NCBI GenBank assembly: GCA_965195345.1
Contig: OZ239628.1
Location: 387,940 to 419,939 of the forward strand
Origin: an uncultured Thiomicrospira sp.
GTDB taxonomy: Bacteria; Pseudomonadota; Gammaproteobacteria; CAKMZV01
Length of the DNA: 32,000 nt
Reading direction: 5' to 3'
The position numbers and the translations under genes were made by a program. Positions 16,989 through 23,558 of this stretch are shown here, piece after piece. How positions within the stretch are numbered: position 1 is the first letter of the stretch; the number at the start of each line of letters is the position of its first letter. The notes beneath the pieces were generated by a model that saw nothing but the letters and a program-made list of their open reading frames with translations, made no database searches and was not told the origin of the DNA.

Positions 16989-19172
16989 ATGAAAAGTTTT
17001 TTTGTAAAAATCATAGCAAATGTAGTCACTATTTTTGTGATTGCCGTTACGGGGGTACATGCACAAGAGATTGAACGAGCAGGGCAAGTAGATGCCATAA
17101 AGCAGAGTGTTTTTGAGCGGGATTTGGAAAATAATATTAGCAGTGCGCTCAGGTTACAGCTCGGTAGCATTCCTTTTTTGGTTCAAGTGAGTGCTGAATT
17201 GCGCTCGATAAAAACATACGCGATTGATACTGTCTCCATATATCAGCCGAGTTCTGTTGAAGCGCCTTCTCTTGAAAGTAAAAAAACAATTGTGAGACAA
17301 CAGCTGCAAGAAGTTGATGCTGGTAGAACGAATCAAAACATTGATCCTGCTGACGATGGAGGCCAAGGTATTTCAAATGCTTTGCCAGGAGCCCCAATTC
17401 TTTTGACGAATAGTGACGATGGATCTGAGCAAAATCAGCCGAGAAGAAGTCAACCTATAACTGAGGTCATTCAATCAACTGAGCCTATCAGTGAAGCGTC
17501 AGAAAGTCAACCGAGAAGTGTTGGTCGATTTGTGAATACCACCCGTGAAACGTTCATTGAAAGTCATGTGTTAATTGACAGAATTGACGTCAAGCTATGG
17601 CTTCCATCTGATTTGGAACCTAGTAGAATTCGTTTTCTCAAACACTTGGTTTCTGAAAAAGCAAGAATTAATTTAATAAGGGGCGATCAGTTTACAACTA
17701 TTTTAACAAATTTTCCAGAAACTGAAAAAAAGGAAGATACCCTAACAACTAACCAGAATAGCTCAACTGAGTCTATAAATATTGATAATATTGGTCGGAG
17801 AATAGGATTAGATAGAGTAGTAAGTGAGCTGAGTCAAAACAATTGGTTACCTTGGGCGCTTGCTGGGTTACTCTTTTTATGGTTATTGTTTTTGCTTTTC
17901 CGCAAAAAAAGAACCGCGCATCACCAACCGCCGATCGCAACGTACCATCACAGCGATGTTCCATTTAACCCTCCATCATTAACGAACATCAACCCTCCTG
18001 AATCCGCATCTCTTGAAGATAAACAACAAGATCACGAACATAAACAGCGATTGAAAATTCTTAATGAAGACATAGTGAGTAATATCATGCTGCATGAAGG
18101 GTTGTTGCTGAATGCGCTAAATAACCCTAACCTTGCAATAGAAAAAGTACGATTTACGGCTTGGTTGATTAAATTGCTTGGCACAGCCGTGGTTGCAAAG
18201 TATGCATATGATCAGCTTAATGAAAGCGAATTAAAAAACGCGAATGCGTTGCAAGAAGTTATTGAACAAAGCACATTGATAGAACAATGTGAATGGGCAG
18301 CAAAGGTGCATAGAAGCTTACGCGATAGTGAGTCGCTTTCTAATAAAAATATTTCCCAACCTTTTGATTTCTTAAATGAAATGAATGATCAGAAATTGAA
18401 ACGCTTGCTAAATGAAGAGCATGTGCAGGCAAAAGCACTGATACTTTCTCAAATTGATCAACGACGCTCGGCAGCAATCCTTGCTATGTTTTCTGCTGAG
18501 GAACAAGCAAGTATTGCCATAGCAATGGGGAAACTTACGACACTTCCAGTATCTTCATTTCATGACATAGCTAATCAATTAGCTCGTAAGGCTCAAAGCA
18601 TTCCAGAAGTAAATGAGCTTAACATTGATGGAACGGAAGCGCTAGTGCAGATGATAGAGTCCATGGATTTGGCGAATGGAACAGCGTTCCTGAATGAATT
18701 GAGAAAACAAAATCCTGATCAATATTATCGCATTAAGAAATTGTATATGGGCTTTGAGGATATTCCAAAAATTCCGAAGGCTATATTGAAAAACTTTTTG
18801 CGTGAAATTGAACGAGAAGAGTTGGTTACGGCACTGTACGATGAGGAAGATGCTTTTAGAGAACAGTTACTCAGTGCGCTTCCTGATCGAGCAAAGGCAT
18901 TAGTTCAGCAGTTATTGAGTGAAATACAAACACCAACTGCAGCAAAGATTATGCAATCGAAAAAAATGATTAGCACCAAAGCAAGGCAGTTATTGCGAGC
19001 TAAAGTATTTGAATTACCAACAGATGAAGAGACCTTCACAGCGTCTTCAACATCTGAAGCAGGGCTACAAGAAGAGTCTATAGTTCCCTCTATAGAGGTT
19101 GAGTCAAGGCTTTCGGAAGAGTCAAACACAGGGTCAAGAAGCTCCTCAAACCTTAATAACTTAGAAAAATGA
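16989..19172 (+). CDS. Membrane protein with a FliF-like periplasmic region fused to a FliG-like (N/M/C) cytoplasmic region
   Basis: 727-aa ORF. A hydrophobic N-terminus spans aa 5-24 and a second TM spans aa 286-304 (WLPWALAGLLFLWLLFLLF), followed by RKKR. The periplasmic aa 190-242 segment IDRIDVKLWLPSDLEPSRIRFLKHLVSEKARINLIRGDQFTTILTNF matches the FliF/YscJ C-terminal ring-domain pattern (i.rlsVaV...l..i..lv....g....RGD.v.v...F). The cytoplasmic part has FliG hallmarks: LLNEEHVQAKALILSQI (EHPQ-type motif), LYMGFEDI (MFxFEDl), and ILKNFLREIEREELVTALYDEEDAFREQLLSALPDRAKAL (iq.lLrev....La.ALkga.ee.re.il.nms.RAa). Confidence 0.7.
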   Translation: MKSFFVKIIANVVTIFVIAVTGVHAQEIERAGQVDAIKQSVFERDLENNISSALRLQLGSIPFLVQVSAELRSIKTYAIDTVSIYQPSSVEAPSLESKKTIVRQQLQEVDAGRTNQNIDPADDGGQGISNALPGAPILLTNSDDGSEQNQPRRSQPITEVIQSTEPISEASESQPRSVGRFVNTTRETFIESHVLIDRIDVKLWLPSDLEPSRIRFLKHLVSEKARINLIRGDQFTTILTNFPETEKKEDTLTTNQNSSTESINIDNIGRRIGLDRVVSELSQNNWLPWALAGLLFLWLLFLLFRKKRTAHHQPPIATYHHSDVPFNPPSLTNINPPESASLEDKQQDHEHKQRLKILNEDIVSNIMLHEGLLLNALNNPNLAIEKVRFTAWLIKLLGTAVVAKYAYDQLNESELKNANALQEVIEQSTLIEQCEWAAKVHRSLRDSESLSNKNISQPFDFLNEMNDQKLKRLLNEEHVQAKALILSQIDQRRSAAILAMFSAEEQASIAIAMGKLTTLPVSSFHDIANQLARKAQSIPEVNELNIDGTEALVQMIESMDLANGTAFLNELRKQNPDQYYRIKKLYMGFEDIPKIPKAILKNFLREIEREELVTALYDEEDAFREQLLSALPDRAKALVQQLLSEIQTPTAAKIMQSKKMISTKARQLLRAKVFELPTDEETFTASSTSEAGLQEESIVPSIEVESRLSEESNTGSRSSSNLNNLEK

Positions 19173-19948
19173 AAACACTAATTAGTCGATTAATAGCAAT
19201 GGCTTTGGTAGGGTACGCAGCTTACAGCATTATTGTTTTTCCAGAGCATACAGCTCTTTTTACGCATGCAGAATCAGTGATTTTGGTATTGGGTGGTACA
19301 TTCGCAGCAAGCCTGATGAGCTTTAATATTGAGACAATATTGAAGGCATTTTTAAGCTTTTTTAAAGGTCTTATTTATGCCTCAGACAATCAGTCAAAGA
19401 TCAGAGAAATAAAAGAAATCATTACAATTGCAGAACGCGTTAATGAAACAAACGGATTCGGATGTATTGATGATATGTTAGAACAAAAAAAAAAATATTC
19501 AGATTTTGTGCGATTAGGATTAGAGCTGATTTCTGCGGGTTACAGCGAAGTTGGACTTAGAGTACAGCTAACAAATTTTGCAGATGAACTAGATGAAGAA
19601 GAGCGTTTGATGGAAGACGTTTGGTTTCAATTTGCAAACTATGCTCCAGCTTTGGGAATGGTTGGAACAGTTATAGGGTTGATTCTTATGTTGGATAATC
19701 TTGATGTCAATAGTTTAAATATTGGAGCTGGACTTTCATTGGCACTGTTGACTACTTTGTACGGTGTTTGTATAGCGAACTTTATTTTCAAACCAACTGC
19801 TCGGTTTTTAGCTGAAGAACGATTGAAAAAATCCAGAAATTTAGCACTTTATTTAGAAGCAATGCTAATGGTACAAAAAAAAACAAGTCCAATTTTAATG
19901 AAAGATTACTTAAATAGTAGCTTGCCTATTAAATTGCAATTAAAGTAA
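19169..19948 (+). CDS. motA: MotA/PomA-type stator channel subunit (4 TM)
   Basis: 259-aa ORF whose ATG overlaps the upstream TGA (ATGA at 19169-19172). It has two N-terminal TMs, a ~100-aa cytoplasmic loop and two C-terminal TMs. Signatures are YAPALGMVGTVIGLILML and ALLTTLYGVCIANFIFKPTARFL. The two prolines align with E. coli MotA P173 and P222. Confidence 0.85.
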   Translation: MKTLISRLIAMALVGYAAYSIIVFPEHTALFTHAESVILVLGGTFAASLMSFNIETILKAFLSFFKGLIYASDNQSKIREIKEIITIAERVNETNGFGCIDDMLEQKKKYSDFVRLGLELISAGYSEVGLRVQLTNFADELDEEERLMEDVWFQFANYAPALGMVGTVIGLILMLDNLDVNSLNIGAGLSLALLTTLYGVCIANFIFKPTARFLAEERLKKSRNLALYLEAMLMVQKKTSPILMKDYLNSSLPIKLQLK

Positions 19949-19964
19949 TGTTAAGAATAAGCCT

Positions 19965-19993
19965 AAAATCAACTTCTGTGAAGATTGATTTTT
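19965..19993 (+). other. Stem-loop in the motA-motB intergenic spacer
   Basis: The arm aaaatcaacttc (19965-19976) pairs with gaagattgatttt (19980-19992), with a tgt loop. This gives a 12-bp stem with one bulged A, ending in a short T run. The motB-like RBS AAGGA follows at 20001-20005. Confidence 0.45.
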
Positions 19994-20014
19994 CGTAACT
20001 AAGGATACGGCTTC

Positions 20015-20734
20015 ATGAATTCAGTTTTACGCAAAAAAAAGTCTATCAATAGAACAGATAACCTTTGGTTAATAACCTATTCAGATGTTGTGACGTTACT
20101 GTTGGTTTTTTTTGTGCTAATCATCGCTTTTTCAGTCGTTGATCAATCTAAATTTGAAGTGATTGCTGAAGCCATAAAAGCAAATAAGTTCGATGGGAAA
20201 AAGACGCTTCCTTTTCAAAAATTTGAACAAGAATTGCAAAAAATTATCGAAAAAAATGATTTAGAAGAAAAGGTTGTTGTAAATAAACAACCTCTAGGCG
20301 TTAGTATTGAACTTTCTGGTGAAAGTCTATTCCAATCTGGAGAAGCTATTTTGAATGCAACGGGTAGCCTCGCAATAAAACAATTAGCGAAGGCTATAAA
20401 AAACATTGAATATCCTAACTATCAAGTAGAGATTGAAGGACATACCGATGATGTGCCAATAAATAATGAGAAATACTCTTCCAATTGGGAATTGTCTGTC
20501 TTTCGCGCCATTGATGTGCTTAAGCTGTTAACAGAGCAGGGAATACCCAATGATAAATTCAAAATAGCTGGTTACGGAGAAACAAAACCTAAATATTCAA
20601 ATGAAACGGCTGATGGTTTACCTAATGTCGCTAACAGAGCTAAAAACAGACGAATAGAGATTAATGTTTTTCGTAAGGAGCGGCGTTATAGGGAATCGTC
20701 AACAAAAGAGGAAAATCAAAACACAGAAAAGTAG
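20015..20734 (+). CDS. motB: MotB-type stator subunit with OmpA-like peptidoglycan-binding domain
   Basis: 239-aa ORF. It has a single N-terminal TM, NLWLITYSDVVTLLLVFFVLIIAF, carrying the conserved protonatable Asp (D24, nt 20084-20086). A plug-like segment follows the TM. The C-terminal OmpA-like motifs are IEGHTDDVPI, SNWELSVFRAIDV, GYGETKP and NRAKNRRIEI. Confidence 0.88.
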   Translation: MNSVLRKKKSINRTDNLWLITYSDVVTLLLVFFVLIIAFSVVDQSKFEVIAEAIKANKFDGKKTLPFQKFEQELQKIIEKNDLEEKVVVNKQPLGVSIELSGESLFQSGEAILNATGSLAIKQLAKAIKNIEYPNYQVEIEGHTDDVPINNEKYSSNWELSVFRAIDVLKLLTEQGIPNDKFKIAGYGETKPKYSNETADGLPNVANRAKNRRIEINVFRKERRYRESSTKEENQNTEK

Positions 20735-20854
20735 TTTTTATAATATTTTTTGATTTTTGGCACGCATTGAGACTATTTTTAAGCAGGTTCTAAAATGCAA
20801 AGAAAGGGTATGGGATTCATATTTAACCGAATAAATGCTCTTACTTTTTCTAGT

Positions 20855-22210
20855 ATGAGAAAAAAAAATCCAATTCTACTGGTCTGCTCTTTTGTGGTGT
20901 TTCTCTCCTTCCCTATAAAAGCAACGAGCAATTTTCAACCTTCCCAATTGAGAACTTTGTTTAATCCTGCCGCTGAGAATCCATCAGCAGCAGTTATCTA
21001 CAGTTACTTATTCAATGATAGTGATATCGGGTTGCAAGTATATGGAGAAGCGCAAGGACTAGTAGAAAACACCATAGATGAGAATCAACTTCTAATGGAG
21101 TTGAACGGTATTATAAATTCTAATATTGGCGTTAATTCTATTAATCAATTTGAAACACAAATAAATAATTTCCTTAGAACTACTCAACCTATTCTTCGTG
21201 GTAATGCAAACGCAATCCTCGCTTTTCGAAAAGGATCAAATACAAAAAAAACTGCTGTCACTCTTAGTTATGATGATAGTCTCTTGTACTATCAACAATT
21301 GCGATTTATCAATGGCGTTGATGTTGATGTGCCGGCAGTAACAGCCTTAATTGCGGGCAACACGACCATTGATTCTGCAGATTTTTTGAACGCTATTGAT
21401 ACTGATGTGGGCATTAATAATACATTGGCACGTATCAGAACGTTCAGCTTAGGATATAGCCATCGCTACACGATTAATCCAATAATTAAATTCAGCTATG
21501 GTGTGCGTTTTAAAGCACAATCGGCATCTATTTCTTCAAACTTGGTGGACTTTCGAACAGTTATATCCACGACCAATGAGGTAGTTCAGTTAGAAAGTGC
21601 TGATATATTTGGAAATTTTGACACAGCAAACGAGCATATATATGGTAATGTTGATTTAGCTCTAACATTGCATGGAAGACAATATTTTATAAGCATATAC
21701 TCACTGGATACCATACCGCAAAGGTTAGCATTACCAAGTTTTTCCGATACATGCGAGTCTGTAAATGATTGTGCTATATCAGCACTGTATCCAAATGGGA
21801 ATGAGTTTTTTTATATCGACCCTAAAGTGCGTTTTGAATACAGCTATCTGTCACGACGCAAGCAATTTCGCTTTAGCTTTTTGTACGATATACTCCCTTG
21901 GAGAGATGGAAGTACTGCCGAGCGCCAACTGCTAACTATCCATACTGAAATTGCGACGACTAAGCGAAACACTAATAGACCCTATTGGGGACATCCCTCC
22001 CCTTCGATAAGGCTATCTGCTTTTATAGATGATGCTTCTTCTTTCGTGAATGATACTCTTATTCAGACAGGGTTCAGTGCATGGTTTATAGATTTAAACT
22101 TCACATTTGGCTTTAGAAAACCAGGTATATTAGTCTCTAGACCATCTAGAATTGAGAACAGCAGGACACTTCTACGCGGCATTCAGTTGGGAGTTAACGT
22201 TGATTTTTAA
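20855..22210 (+). CDS. Probable outer-membrane beta-barrel protein; last gene of the rotor-stator cluster
   Basis: The ORF is open from 20795. I prefer the ATG at 20855, which gives a classical signal peptide MRKKNPILLVCSFVVFLSFPIKA|TSNF. The protein is strand-rich throughout and ends ...LRGIQLGVNVDF, with alternating hydrophobics and a terminal Phe (a BAM beta-signal-like C-terminus). Confidence 0.6.
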   Translation: MRKKNPILLVCSFVVFLSFPIKATSNFQPSQLRTLFNPAAENPSAAVIYSYLFNDSDIGLQVYGEAQGLVENTIDENQLLMELNGIINSNIGVNSINQFETQINNFLRTTQPILRGNANAILAFRKGSNTKKTAVTLSYDDSLLYYQQLRFINGVDVDVPAVTALIAGNTTIDSADFLNAIDTDVGINNTLARIRTFSLGYSHRYTINPIIKFSYGVRFKAQSASISSNLVDFRTVISTTNEVVQLESADIFGNFDTANEHIYGNVDLALTLHGRQYFISIYSLDTIPQRLALPSFSDTCESVNDCAISALYPNGNEFFYIDPKVRFEYSYLSRRKQFRFSFLYDILPWRDGSTAERQLLTIHTEIATTKRNTNRPYWGHPSPSIRLSAFIDDASSFVNDTLIQTGFSAWFIDLNFTFGFRKPGILVSRPSRIENSRTLLRGIQLGVNVDF

Positions 22211-22224
22211 AAGCGATATTCTTA

Positions 22225-22812
22225 TTATTTTACAGAATCGATTAATTCCATTAAATTGCCTTTATGCATTCTAATTTCATCTTCAGATAAGCCGACTAAT
22301 TCGTGAGGGAATACTAGCCAGTCGGTTGTTTTATGCACGTGAAAATCGGGTTCAATAACTGTTTGATTATTATTTGGTTTGTAATAAGCAGTGGCAATCT
22401 TTATTTTGGGAGTGTTTTTTCGGCAATGAAGTTTGATGTCATTTACCACCTGCTGGATACTCAAACCAGTATCAAAAACATCGTCAACGATGAGTAAAGA
22501 ATCGGTATCATTAACGTTTTCAATAATATAGTGTAGGCCATGAACGCGGATATTACGTTCACGCTCAGCAATACCAGTATAAGAAGAAGTACGTATGGCG
22601 ATGTGATCGGTTTTAATGCCAAGATATTGTAGCAACTCCTGTACGGCAATACCGACGGGTGTTCCTCCACGCCATATTCCGACAATGTAGTTTGGGACGA
22701 AGTTGCTTTTGTGGATTTCAATGGCTAGTTGGTAAGAAACATCAAGCAATTCTTGGCTGCTTAAGTATACTTTAGGGACGGTTTCCTTGTTGTCTGGGTG
22801 GTTAGTTGACAT
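22225..22812 (-). CDS. Purine phosphoribosyltransferase (Hpt/Gpt-like)
   Basis: It carries the PRPP-binding motif SLLIVDDVFDTGLSI, plus GIWRGGTPVG and DWLVFPHE. I prefer the ATG at 22812 (MSTNHPD...) with GGAG upstream. The track's longer start at 22875 lies inside the upstream gene. Confidence 0.8.
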   Translation of the reverse strand: MSTNHPDNKETVPKVYLSSQELLDVSYQLAIEIHKSNFVPNYIVGIWRGGTPVGIAVQELLQYLGIKTDHIAIRTSSYTGIAERERNIRVHGLHYIIENVNDTDSLLIVDDVFDTGLSIQQVVNDIKLHCRKNTPKIKIATAYYKPNNNQTVIEPDFHVHKTTDWLVFPHELVGLSEDEIRMHKGNLMELIDSVK

Positions 22813-22813
22813 A

Positions 22814-23425
22814 TTACTCCATGTTTTTTTTGTGCTGATTGTAAACAATAAGGCTATGAAAAATAATTTGGGCAAGTAAAGAAGTTATGATTTGTTGAGT
22901 AAAAGCAGAGATGATGCAAAATATAAGTCCACCGATTGCCGCACTCAACCATTCTTTGCTTGGGCAGAAACGCCAAAGAGACCAAGCTAAAGTACTGACT
23001 ATGATGACTTTCCAAGAGGGCAGTTCATAGAACCAATTAAAGATGCTTGCACGAAATAGTAATTCCTCACCAAGAGGAATTAAGGCAACAAATACAAAAA
23101 TTGCGATAGGGTTTTTACCGCCACAAAAAACAGGTAACTTGAAAAAGTGAAATGAAAGCATGAACAAAACCGCACCCAAGAAAATACCCAGCAGTAATGC
23201 TAATGGCATGCTCGAAGTGAATAAGTAATCTTCAAAGTCAAATACAAAGTCTTCGCGTGTGAAAAACCATGCAAAGTAAAACCCAATCAAAATGACGAAG
23301 CGCAAGCGCATGATAGAAACGGATAGAAGATCGCTTTTTTTACTAATTTTAGCCAACAAAAATATTGCTAATATAAGCATTCCAGGTGTAAAAAGCCAAA
23401 TTAGATTAAGAATTGTTTCGGTCAT
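22814..23425 (-). CDS. CPBP (CAAX/Abi)-family-like intramembrane protein, possibly degenerate
   Basis: 203-aa polytopic ORF. CPBP motif 1 is present (LGEELLFR). The second motif's His is not evident (WSLWRF). The third motif is atypically spaced (FHSLIVYN). Confidence 0.5.
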   Translation of the reverse strand: MTETILNLIWLFTPGMLILAIFLLAKISKKSDLLSVSIMRLRFVILIGFYFAWFFTREDFVFDFEDYLFTSSMPLALLLGIFLGAVLFMLSFHFFKLPVFCGGKNPIAIFVFVALIPLGEELLFRASIFNWFYELPSWKVIIVSTLAWSLWRFCPSKEWLSAAIGGLIFCIISAFTQQIITSLLAQIIFHSLIVYNQHKKNME

Positions 23426-23547
23426 GAAGAGTGCTCGTTTTTGTCAAAGTATATTTTAAGAAGCTTAGTTATGAGAACCATAAGCACGACACCTAACGCT
23501 ATTATGGTGATTGCTATGATGAATAGTGAACCGTGGGTGATAAGCAT
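23422..23547 (-). CDS. Possible 41-aa single-TM small protein
   Basis: It translates to MLITHGSLFIIAITIIALGVVLMVLITKLLKIYFDKNEHSS. Its TGA overlaps the ATG of the CPBP-like gene (ATGA). No Shine-Dalgarno is visible, and it is below the ORF-track size cutoff. Speculative. Confidence 0.3.
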   Translation of the reverse strand: MLITHGSLFIIAITIIALGVVLMVLITKLLKIYFDKNEHSS

Positions 23548-23558
23548 AGGAGTTAAAC

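Noticed and set aside
19169-20734. The MotA/MotB-like pair as a Zorya anti-phage system, or as ExbBD/TolQR
   Set aside because: ZorA proteins are much longer, with a long C-terminal tail, and come with ZorC/D or ZorE, none of which is present. ExbD and TolR lack the OmpA-like PG-binding domain seen here, and ExbB/TolQ have 3 TMs. The adjacent FliG-like partner points to a MotAB-class stator.
15165-22210. The cluster as a decaying remnant of a lost flagellar locus (pseudogenes)
   Set aside because: All six reading frames are long and uninterrupted and have coupled or overlapping junctions. Catalytic or structural key residues are intact (MotB Asp, MotA prolines, FliG motifs). This cannot be fully excluded without comparative data.
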